64,000 nucleotides of DNA from assembly GCA_002269645.1 (NCBI GenBank), contig NIVC01000301.1, forward strand, positions 480,460 to 544,459. Direction: 5' to 3'. Each line of letters starts with the position of its first letter. Positions within the stretch are counted from its first letter, which is position 1. The translations under genes and the position numbers were made by a program. This DNA is from Macrostomum lignano. Taxonomy: Eukaryota. Positions 12,267 through 26,216 of this stretch are shown here, piece by piece. The notes beneath the pieces are model-generated. The model ran no database searches. It saw only the letters and a program-made list of their open reading frames with translations, and was not told the origin of the DNA.

Positions 12267-14788
12267 ATGTCGGATCTTTTGTACTGCATGGCGTTTGTCT
12301 TCGCATTCGGAGCCGCCCGCGCTGATGCAGCTGTCGCCTCGCCAGACGCGGCGTTGGTGGTCGCGCTGAAGCTCGCCACCGAGTACAACAGCTGGGTCCG
12401 GCCGCCCCCTGACGCCGGCAACGCCAACACAGTCAACGTGTATCCATTCTTGAACAGCTTAGTCAATTTGGTGAGCTGGCAGTACCTTCTAACAACTTGA
12501 TGCTGATGCCCTCTAAAGTTCTTTGCATTCATCCGTTATTGTTACAGAACTCGGCATCTCAGGAGCTGACTCTGCAGTTTTGGTTGCAGAAGGTTTGTTT
12601 CATATTTATTTCACCTTAAAAGTATCGAAGCATTATTTTCAATGCTGCTGTCACTATGATGAAAATTGCAGCACTGGCTTGACTCCCGACTGTCCTGGCT
12701 GGGCAAATTCAACTCCAGTTATGACAACATCAGCTTTATATTTCTGCCCTCAAGTAAGGTTTGGCAGCCAGATATTAGCGTGAACAATGTGTAAGTCTCG
12801 TTTCTATTGTTTCCAAAGGGACTTCTGATTTAAAAATTCAACCCCCCAGCCCTGTTGCACAATTATTTAGGATCGAGCTAAAAGACCTATCGCTGAATGA
12901 GGCTCCCGTTGAGGTCATAAGTAACGGCATTGTCCACCAAGGACTGGAGCTGCTTGTCACCTTTAAATGCAAAATGCAGATGTATCTGTTTCCATTTGAC
13001 AAGCAGAAATGCCGATTGAGAATCTACTCACGACTGCAGACTAAAGAAACAATGACATTGAATACGAGCCGATTGTTTCCTAACATTTCCATGGAAACCT
13101 ACTTGATGAAAAACAACGAATTCTGCATCACAAATTTGCAGCTGGAACAAGAGGAAGCATTCGGCCAGAATGCAATATTATTCACCATTTCGTTCCAGGT
13201 AAACTCAGTGCCAACTTCTTGAATTTGAGCGTTTCACTATTCAACGGCATATTCTAAGATAATGAGAGCGAACTCAATTTCAGAGAGGGTCGGCATTCTA
13301 CTTCACCACCCTGATTTTGCCCAGCGTCCTCCTCCTCGGCATTTCGACTCTCGCTTTTTGTCTGCCGCCCGAGTGCGGCGAGCGAGTCTCCTTCAGCATC
13401 ACCATCGTGCTGTCCATGTGCGTGTTCCTGCAGCTGGCTGGCAACTACATGCCCACACAGAGCGAGTCCGTGCCGCTCATGAGTGAGTTTTAGTGCCCCA
13501 AAGCAAAACACGAATACGCGATGTTGGCGAAAGCGAAAGCAGTAACGAGAGCCTCCATGCAGCTTAGACTGTCGGGAAGGCAGGCCACGTGGTGAGCAAT
13601 GGACTGCTCCAACTGGTTGACGCTGACGGTATGGTTGGTGTCGAGCTGCCGGCAGAGCTCGAGGAGGCTGTCCAAGTCCTTGGCAGCGAGTGCTGCAGCT
13701 ACCAATGCGCGCATTGAGGCTTTCGGCTCCATGTGAGACAGGGCTGGGTGAGTCAGTGGCGAAGGAGAGAGTGGGTGAGTCCACAATTAACGTGTTGGCA
13801 TTTAATACTTTAGTGCCCCAAAGCAAAACACGAGTACGCGATGTATTATAGGATAAAAGAAGAAAGAAAGAACTGCGCGAAAACACTGCCAACTCAGCAG
13901 CGCGGCTGGAGTAAAATACCCCCCCCCCTCGCCGGCGGAGGGGTGGGCGCCCACCTAAACAACACAGAACGTACACACGCGGCGGGGGGGGCGCACCACA
14001 GACGCAGCGCGCTTGGGCACTAAAGCCGGTTTGCTCAAGGCAAGCCTAGCGCAAACCGCAGCCTTTGCACTCAGGGTAGAATTTCATATATTTTAGGGAT
14101 TTTAGCGACTGGTAAAGACGCTTGCTGAGATGAAGTGGGGCTGGTTGCGATTCAAAGGGCTTCATTGCACGTGCTATAAGAAATTGTCGTGCGTACATTT
14201 CGACAGGACAGGCTGCTTTTAGCAAGACGACGAATAGACATTAATGGTTCTTTTAGTTGTTTAGGTTTTCTTACAATCGAGTTTAAAACTTCTAGTCGAT
14301 TTGCAAAGTATTTTGGCTCATAGTCCTACATAGTCTTCATGAAGGGAGCGCACGCTGACTTGTCGAAAAATCTTTTTCAAACTAGTTTCCTTTTTGCAGC
14401 CTGGTACTTCAGTTCGACCGTACTTCTGACGATGGTTAACGTGCTGTGCAACGCATTCGTGCTCAGCTGCCACTTCGAGCAGCAGAGCAGGTCTCGCGTG
14501 AGCAACCGGCTGATCCGAGCGCTCTTCCTCAACCGTTTTGCCGTCTGGATCAGCTCGAGCCGGAAGAGGGCTGTGGCCAATGTGCAGAGCTCACAAGCTG
14601 GAGATTGCAGTTCAGCCGGCAAGCAGGGCGACGAGTGGGCAGCAGTTGTCCGATTTGCCGACGCCTTTTTCTTTATGCTTTTCCTTCTGGCTACCCTGGC
14701 AAGCATATTTCCTATGGCAGTTCTGATGGCAGTCTCTTCGCAAACAGAATGTCTGCAAGGAGCCGAGGAGAATGACATCACTGCCTGA
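12267..14788 (+). CDS. Divergent Cys-loop channel subunit D, ~427 aa
   Basis: Exons 12267-12470, 12548-12592, 12672-12790, 12871-13198, 13284-13482, 14400-14788; in frame (1284 nt). Cys loop CKMQMYLFPFDKQKC, M2 GERVSF. Confidence 0.92.
13488..14024. mobile_element. Insertion in intron 5 of subunit D, with duplicated left end and short inverted right end
   Basis: TTTAGTGCCCCAAAGCAAAACACGARTACGCGATGT at ~13488 and ~13809; inverted TTGGGCACTAAA at ~14013-14024. Confidence 0.5.
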
Positions 14789-14899
14789 AATCTGCAATAG
14801 ATAGTTTAGTAGATGCTACTTAAAAAGGATATTATTCTAATATTTAGATTTCACTTAGGTCTGTAGTTTCAGGTTTGTCTCTTTTTTCAGCCTAGCAAA

Positions 14900-15690
14900 A
14901 TAAGCAAATCTTGTTAAGCTTCTGTTGTTTACCTGATGTAAGTTTTGCACCATACAAGGTCTGTAGTGCACTGTTGTGTCTGGTCTTCCCTTTGCTCTCG
15001 CTTTAGCCTTCCTCCACGTGCCTCGGTGAGGATGTTACAGTCGGCTCCGCTGTCCACCAGCGCCTGCACTGGAGTCGCTTCTACCAGCACGGTGGCAAGA
15101 GCCGCTGCCGCGTTCGTGTCGGAGGCCATCACGGTCAGGCAGAAGACTTCGTCCTCTGCGCCTGAACTGTCGCTGCCGACCCGCAGAGCTCGCATGTCAT
15201 CCGGCCAGGACAGGCAGGCCTTGGCGAGGTGATTTGGCTTGCCGCATCGGTTGCAGGTCTTGCCTACCGCTGCGCTGCAGCTGCAGTGGCCGAAGTTGCC
15301 GCAGCGGGATGCACTTTGGCTGCGTGCGATCGGCTGTCCGCGCGGCTGATCTCTGCGGCTGCTCTGGCGGGCTGCACGGTCGCTGCGCTGGTCTTCATGA
15401 GGCTGGCCTGTGACTCCGCTGCCTCCATGGCCCTGGCCACCCGGACCGCCTGGCCCAGGTCCACGTTGTCCATGGCAATCAGTTGGTCGCGGATCAGCGA
15501 ATCCCGGAGGCCTTCGAATTTGCAGCAGTCTGTGGTATCGTTGAGCCGCCGTAGCCAGTCGTCCAGGGACTCTCCGGTCTGCTGGATGCACAAACGGATT
15601 TGTTTGCAGGTGAAGGGCAAGTTGAGCTGGCTGGTGAAGTGCTCATTGAGAGCACACATGCGATGCCGAGGCACGTGGGGGAAGGCTAAA
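14900..15690 (-). mobile_element. Degraded Ty3/gypsy LTR-retrotransposon gag-protease fragment
   Basis: QQTGESLDDWLRRLNDTTDCCKFEGLRDSLIRDQLI (gag), CNRCGKPNHLAKAC (CCHC knuckle), ALVDSGADCNIL (aspartic protease D-S-G), split over two frames. Confidence 0.85.
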
Positions 15691-15969
15691 GCGAGAGCAA
15701 AGGAGAGACCAGACATAACAGTGCACTACAAAGGTCCATCTGCAGTTCATAAAAATTGGCGTTTCAAATTTTAATTAGAAATAACCCGAAATATAGAACT
15801 CGAAATAACGAAATATTTTTTGATAGTATGAACTACTAAAACGAAAAATTATTCGATGAAATCCAAATTTAAAGAATTTACTTCAAAGTCTTGTGAGTTA
15901 ATTCATTTAGAAATATACGACTCAGCTAACTCAAACTCAGGGCAGAGCGTAAAAATCTCTCGCAATACC

Positions 15970-16500
15970 AGCGTCGGGCACAAGAGGAAACTTGAGCAGG
16001 CTGCCGTTCTGCTGGTCGAAGAGCACCGCCTGGCAGCCCTCCGAGCAGAGGAGGGCACACATGCTCACGTTAGGAGCCTTGGTCAGCGAGTAGAGCGGCT
16101 CGGAATAAGAGCTCAAAGTGGCGACAGTCGGTTTGGTCTCTCAGCAGACCAGCGTCTAAAAATACAGCGCGTCAGAATATGACCCAGTTTCACCTGCCTT
16201 GCTATGAATTGAGCCTATTCAACAGCAACACTGCCAGAGTTTTCGAGATAGGCGAGGCCATGCACCGAGTTGCAGCTGTTGCCGTTGCAGATTTGGGAGG
16301 CGTTGCCGCTGAAGAGTTGATTCGGGAGGTGATCAGTCCCCCGAAAACTCCCACTTCCAGACACTTAAGCCTGGGAACAAAATCAGTGATCACTTACTGT
16401 TGCGGGCTCCTCTTCTTTGTCGCGCGTGTCTGTAGAGCTCGTCTCCTTAGAGCTGTTCCTCCCGGGGTGGTCTTCTTGAAGTCTAGAGTCGGCCGAAAGT
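15970..16500 (-). mobile_element. Possible highly degraded non-LTR reverse transcriptase fragment
   Basis: SKTLAVLLLNRL resembles the LINE RT 'K+L..+LLNR' segment; the surrounding frames are broken. Confidence 0.3.
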
Positions 16501-17279
16501 GAGAGCGTAGCAATTAAATCGACGTCGCAGTATTCCTTCGGGTGCAGAATTCAATGTATTCCTCGAGTGCAGAAATCAATATCAACGATGCGCCCTAATA
16601 ACAAAATCAACTTCAATACGAGGTCCTCCAGAAAGGGCGTCTTCTTCTAGAACTAACGGAATCGGAGTCGTGTGCTCCTATCGGTTAATCTAGGATAACC
16701 AAAATCAATCAAATCGATAATCCTCTAAGGGTATCGGAATCGGTCCGCAGATCCTATCCAATCCCTTAGGAAAAGGGAGGCCTCAAACTCAATAGACTCA
16801 ATAAAATCAACTGAACAGTAACGGCCGGCAATAACAATCGCTCTCAATAATCAAAATAACGAAGACTTGAACAAAGCTTACCAATTGGTGTTTATCTCTT
16901 CCTCAGAGATATAGCCTCGTTGGCTGCTCTTGCAAAGCCCAAGATCTTTGGAGGCTGCTCCGAGTCTGAGATTTCAGCTCGGATTTTTTGTATTTATATT
17001 TATACACAATTTGTCGGCCTTGAGTCGGCCTTGAGCTCAAAACCGGTTTTTTGAAGAGTTCACGAAAGGAATTTTATCATTTGACAGGTGGGGTTTTTGA
17101 ATAGAAAGGGGTGAGACTTGGGTGACATTCAGGTTAACATTTACCATATTTGGAAGTTCTAAAAATAGATGTCGAGAACCGGTTTTTTGAACAATAGCAT
17201 AGCCACTCGCTGTTTGCGTGATATGACTGGTATTACTAAAAATAGAGTATGACACATAGCTATTTTTAAATTTGTATTC

Positions 17280-17643
17280 ATAACTTTATGTTACTACTTT
17301 TAGTAGGCTACTGTGTTTGAAGATCTCTACACCGCTGCACGCTGTGCCGCACTGCGACTCTGGCGCGGATCCCTGGGAGCCATAGGAGAATCCGCAGTAG
17401 CAACCGACTCCAGCCTGCAGACCCAGTGGAGCAGCCAGCCGTGCACAGCTGCAATGTCAAACTGCTAGACTCATAGTTCGGATAATTTCCGTCCTTTTTG
17501 TAGACGCCGAGTGTCGTACTCTTCTCAAGGCCATTAAGGTCTCGTGTGGCATTCACATAGTCCGTGTAGCAGCCCAGGTACTTCACGCTGGTGACTTGCC
17601 GCCCGACGCAAATTTCAAAGGAATGGAGCAGGAGCAAAAGCAT
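17280..17643 (-). pseudogene. Secreted WSC-domain protein, frameshifted/truncated
   Basis: Hydrophobic N-terminus, then YLGCYTD...RDL...SLTLQLCTAGCST. After a frameshift it continues GLQAGVGCYCGFSYGSQGSAPESQCGTACSG, matching the WSC cysteine pattern. The usual Y/F-x-Y-A segment and the final CGG motif are missing. Confidence 0.7.
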
Positions 17644-18399
17644 GCCAGCACAGCCTGATTTGTAAATAGATGGCTACGCGGCATGGTGATGCTCAGAAGG
17701 TTTTAAAATGAATGACACAAAAAGGTACCGTAGAGATGCAGATTGAAGCATCGTTTAGTCTGCTTTATATATGCTTTTTAGTGGAATGCTGCAATCGGCT
17801 CAGCTACACAATAGCTGATGCTGAAGTATTGTGCGTGATTTGCTTTGCTCAATTTAGCGAGTCCAGATTCAATGATAAAAAAGAACAAAAAATTGCTCTT
17901 TCTTGTCTGATGTCGAAGTTGATCAAAGCTGGGATATACAGAAAGTCTACTTTTAAGTTGTATTTGACAATCGAGAAGGCATTCATCTCTGGGATTTGAG
18001 CAAATACAAAAAACAGCTGCTCAGACTGCCGTGAGATTTTCAGAAATTTTCTATTTAACAATACGCGGGCCGCATTTCCGCATCAGATTTTGACAATATT
18101 CTGTCTTTTCGATGCGCGCGATAGCTATATCGAATGCGAAAAATGTCTGCAGGACTCTGGAGAGGAGAGGCTGACTCCCTGTGGATGAGGAGAGCGAATT
18201 GTCGGAAGCTTTTTGTTTTTTTTCTTACCGATTGAAATACGAGAGTAATTTAATGTTCGAAGCTCTAATCCATACAGAGGCAGGTGAATCTCTTTTGATA
18301 CAAGACTCGAACACCCAGCCTGACGCGAATGAATCGCTGGAGTGCAGGGGACTCAACTGCAGCATCTCGTATAGAAGCATTTTTTTATAAATTTGTACC

Positions 18400-18690
18400 T
18401 GAGAGAAAGGTATTTATTGGATCGCATTAGCTTCTGAAGAACAACGTCGATACATGGTCCCGGACGTTGAAGACGTGTATAACCACCAGACCGGTTATCA
18501 TGCTTGCAGAAAGTGCAAAATGAGAACCAAAAACAGATTGCCGAGGCCGACACAACTGTCGCCCATTCAGTGTTTGAAGTTTGTGCATTGCCAGCATCAA
18601 ATGACGGCACATGAAATGATGAAGCCCAGAGTCAGCATTGAAGCTGGTAATGTCAGAAAAATGGATGAGGTGAAGTACTAGATGCAATTA
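18400..18690 (-). pseudogene. Orphan relic of a Cys-loop channel last exon (M3-M4)
   Basis: *YFTSSIFLTL (vs WYFSLAVVMTI) and NTEWATVVSASAICFWFSFCTF (vs NEWKTVGSSADRVFFKAF), with stops and shifts; no upstream exons found. Confidence 0.5.
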
Positions 18691-19482
18691 TAAACTAAAG
18701 CATATTGCTGTCGATCTGCATCTAGCGATCAAATATTTGTGGTGTACTCAATATTGAGTCGAGTGTGCTTACCCGCATGGCAAAATGGCACGCATGATTA
18801 ATTGCACTTCTATTGTTTACCTGTCAATCAGGCAAATTATTCGCTGGTCGCATTGACCATTGCAGATGTAGAGGCCAGGGGTAAAAGCTCGTTATCCATA
18901 AATTAAGAACGTATGAAAGTAAGAACCAGGCTTTAAAAAATTCCGGTTCGCTTCCAAACTAACCTTAAAAACTGGTTGAACAAGAGACTGACTGCCCAAG
19001 CTGCTCGCCTGGCAGTGATGTGTCAATGAGATTATGTGCCAACTTGCCTTTTTTGCCTAGCTCGTAGTACGACGTAAGATGGTGTTTATGGATGACGCAG
19101 CAGGGCAGTCGACTGAAGCGCGTCTCTGAGCCAAGGCTGCAGTGCAGTACACTGGTAGGAACATGAAACTGAAAAAATCACTGCAGCAGCCACTTTGCGA
19201 TTCTCCACTCATCTCAACAGAATGCTCCCCAAAGAGGAACTCAAGGTTGACTGAAGGCAAACACGACAGAACAAATAATTCTCTATTTGCTCTCTTGAAA
19301 CGAGTTTAAAGAGAATGCACCGCTGAGCCAACAGCTCGATACAATAGCTGGAGGCAGGGCTCCGGATGCATCCTCCTGAATATTTAATTGGTGGAAAGAG
19401 TGGTCTCTGGACAAACACGGGCAAAGATGCATAAAACTCCGACTGACTGGTTTTCTCAGAGCTACGCTCGTACTTCGCCTTC

Positions 19483-21196
19483 ATGTCTCTGCAGTGGCTC
19501 GTGCTCGCGGCCGCTTCAGCGGCTACTGTTGCCGCCGGAGCAGCAGCCATCGCCAACGTTTCACCTGACGAGTCGGTGATGGCTGCATTGAAATTCCCCA
19601 CCGAATATAACAGAGCTGCCCGACCTCCACCCGACAATGGCAATGCAAACACGGTCAACGTTTTTGTCTTTTTTAACGGCATTACAAGATTGGTGCGATA
19701 ATGTTCTTTGTTCAGTATCGATGGCTGGATTTCTGGGGCACAGCTTCAGTTTTGCAACTTATTCTCGTTTAATGACGGTCACAATAGAAAACTTACCCAA
19801 CTGACACAGGATCCCAACATCAATTTCAGGATTCTGCAGTGCAGGAAGTTACTCTGAGGATTTGGCTAATGACTGTTAGTGCCGATGTATTTCCATATGA
19901 ATTATGAAAATAAATGCAACACGTTTTCATGCAGGTTGATAACTCATCAAAATTTTAGCACTGGACTGACACTCGTTTATCCTGGTACAACAAGTTCAAT
20001 GCAACTCTGGATAGCATCGACTTCATCATTGTCCCCGCCAGCCTATTGTGGCAACCTGATGTCTCCTTCCTGGAAGCGTAAGACCAACACTAACAGACAA
20101 CGTCCATGGCCATTTCGATCTCTGAGCTACGTGACTCCTACTTAATCTATATTGATTTTAGCATCGAACTAAAGGATGTGGGAAACAGCCGAGACTTTGT
20201 GATGCTACACAACGATGGGACACTGCTCAGGAGCGGCGGCATGGTTCTCACCAGCAAGTGCAAGATGGAGATGTACCGATTTCCGTTTGACCTGCAGACT
20301 TGCGCACTTCGCATAGCGACCATTTTCGATACCACTGGCAGCACGTCTCTAGGGATTCTGCCACTTAATATTTCCCATGAACTGTATCTGAACAAAAGCA
20401 ACGAGTTCTGCATTCTGGGCCTTGATTATGAAATAAGTAAGCTGGTAGAGAAAAATGTACCCGAATTTCGGATTACTTTTCAGGTAAGACGGCCTCAAAA
20501 ATAATATCGCAATCGCATAACCCGCAAAGTGCAAAAGCTTTTCATTGCAGCGAATGTCAACATTCTACGTGGTGAACCTGATGCTGCCCAGCATCCTCCT
20601 CCTCGCCATCTCCGCGCTCGCCTTCCGCATGCCGCCCGAGTGCGGCGAGCGAGTCTCCTTCAGCATCACCATCGTGCTGTCCATGTGCGTGTTCCTGCAG
20701 CTGGCTGGCAACTACACGCCCACGCAGAGCGAGTCCATTCCGCTCATTAGTGAGTTTCTTTATGCGTTTTAAATTTATTACTGGCTCAGAAACTTTTACG
20801 TGATTTTTTCCTGGTACCTCAGCCTGGTACTTCAGCGTAACGTTGCTCATGACTATACTCAACGTTCTCTGCAATGCTTTTGTGCTCAGCTGTCATTTCA
20901 AGAAGCAATGCAGTTTGAAAGTCAGCAATCGTTTTATCCGCGTACTTTTCTTCAACCGTATCATGATGAAGAGCACTGCGGGGGCAAAGATTTCTCCCTC
21001 GGACTCGGTGGGCCCGCAGCCACAGCAGAATCAAGAGGACACGACTGTGAAGTTCGAAAACGACTGGGCTGATGTAGGAGCGCTGGCTGACAAAACATTT
21101 TTTGCTGTGTTCCTAGTCGCTACCGCAGTTCTCACCTTGAGTCTAGTCATATTTCAGCTCTCTGTGTACCGCACAGACTGTTTGGGACTGCTTTGA
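19483..21196 (+). CDS. Divergent Cys-loop channel subunit E, ~422 aa
   Basis: Exons 19483-19692, 19830-19874, 19959-20077, 20162-20483, 20551-20749, 20823-21196; in frame (1269 nt). Cys loop CKMEMYRFPFDLQTC. Confidence 0.93.
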
Positions 21197-21883
21197 CGAT
21201 ACTGAAATAAGTAAATGAATGTCACGGAATTCAAACAGCGATTGTACTAGATATTCCTCCGGAACGATATTTCATTTATCTTCTTTCCTTCTGTTAGTTT
21301 TTTAGTCAGAATCTCGAGTGCAAGTTCTCTAAGTCGCGAGATTTCAAATACTTTGATTAGTTCGACGCGAATCTGCTGTGTAATGATATCTGTGACATTT
21401 AGTTACTAAACTCGCCATTTTGGGGCCCCAATAAGAAATGAAAAATGTCCTAACTCGTATACCACTCTACTACAAGTAGACGTCTAAATAACTTTAAATA
21501 AATCGTTGTTATGTAGTTTCGAATTATCGATCATGTAGTTTTTTGTTCCGTCTTTTTGGGTTTCCCTTGTTAGCTATCAGTACATGCAAGTCAGAGACAA
21601 CATCATCAAAGCAAATGTCACTCGTGAATTGAATTGAAAGCTTCCTGCAAGGTGAATTTTCCAGCGCGCACTCTGGGCTTTGCTGTGGTTAATATTTATT
21701 GAAACGACCTTCCACCGAACCGACTTGGTCTCCAAATTGTAGCTGGCCTCGTTAATTCTACTAGTTTATTGTAGATTGAGACTCGTCTAAAATTAACTAG
21801 TCAAAGTTTTGTAACTTAATAAATCGATGATTTGAAGCATCTGTTTCAGCACATTAAGCTTGCCAATTGAGAGTTTCAACTCG

Positions 21884-24407
<2,524 letters not shown>

Positions 24408-26216
24408 GTGACCCCCGCTCCGGGAGACTGGCTTCCTGGTTGCTTTCTGGCCAGCATTGGTGGCGGTTCGCGCAAGTCTTTCCTCTGCTAATGAAAATAC
24501 AATTGCTTGCTGGGCAGCCCGTTTCCACCCAGGTTGCCACTGTATTTAGTCAATTTTTTGCGATAGATCCATCTATCGTGTCAATAATTAAGGCTAGTTG
24601 TGTCAGCTTAAATGAATTCATTTTCAGTGCGTACGAGTATCTTCTTGCACACCAATGTGTTTACCGAAGTATGCGGTCCGTGAAATTTGTGTGTACGCTC
24701 GTATCAGGTGATAATTCAATTTTTCCCAGCTTTGCAAATATTTGCGCTACAAATGGAATCTACCCAGATTAATATATAAAATTTTATTGACTATCTAGAC
24801 TATATGATTTGATAGGCTATCACACCAGACTACGGGCTTATAAAACACAGGTAGGCTACTGACACCGGTCGCATCCCGTGATTTTGCAGTCAAAAGTTCT
24901 TTCTAATATTTCATTTATGGTTGATATTGATAAATTAATATTCATTCACTTTAATTTATGCTGATTATGTGTTAAAAGGTTGAATCAAAGTCAATCGCAT
25001 TGTTTATCATCAGCTCAAATATGCGTTGACTGCCTCTCGAGTGCGCATCTCGAATGATTGCTTCTTTTGACGAGACTGGCTGGGCACTCACTAGTTTAGC
25101 GGATAAGCAGCCTACTGCTAAAATCCCTAAATTGAAATTCTGAAACATTTAAGTCTATGGAATCATAGAGACCATAACTGACAACTCATGCAGTTCGAGA
25201 CTGCAACAGGAGCTCAATACTATCCGTGGCGAATCTAGACGAGAGACTAGAGACTGAACATGCGCTTTGTGCCACGGATGACCTAAGCAGGCATGGTAAC
25301 GAAAGCAGGTGTCAATGACTACGGCTTCGGAGGTAATGACCTTGTGGGAGTCAATTAATTGAACGCGACTTTGGATTCGGGTGGGTAGAATTCAGATATA
25401 AGTTTTCAACTATTTTAGCCGATGGCTAGCAGCCGAGTTCCATCAACGCCCTCCCCGAAGCCACACAATTCAACAATTTACAGTAGATGTAAAAAACTTT
25501 CGACGGCTTTAATATAGGAAAACAAAGACAATCGAAAATAACATACAAACAATTAATATTGCTTGGATACACAGAAACGATTTTTAATGAATAGTACATG
25601 TAAATGAAGGATAGGGGAATTAAAATACTAGTATAACGTCAACGTCGCATAGGGACTCGAAGCAGGCACATTCTTATGTCACCGGGTTTGCTACAAAAAT
25701 AGGACTGGCAGATAATTAACGCAATTACAATTAGGACAGGCAACTGTCATTCTTGAGTAAATAGGAAATTTCTAATCTGAAAGTGATCGAGAATTTTTTC
25801 ATAAGATCATATCAACACCTAGACAAAACAACCATAAAAATTGAAGCAAATTTATCTACAATAAGCTTTTCGCTGGACTAAAAAGAAAGCGACGCGTCAA
25901 AGGAAGGCAAACCCAGGCGAGAAAAAAGGGCTCAGTCTGATGCATATCTTCTTCATTTGGTTAATTATGGGTGAATACAAAAAGTTAAAATGGTCCCTTA
26001 ACTCTGCTGAAGAGGCCAGAACTACTGTAAATTAAAATTATCCAACTTAACAAATTCTTTTTCCTTGAGCAGTGGAGTAATATAGGTACAGTTTCTATAT
26101 TTCTTGGATCAATATAGTACCGCAGCGTCAGAAAAATCCGGCTTAAAAAGCCTACAGTCAAACTTACAAGCAGTTGTTCTGTTACGCCATCAAGTCTGTT
26201 TGTTACGCATGAAAGT

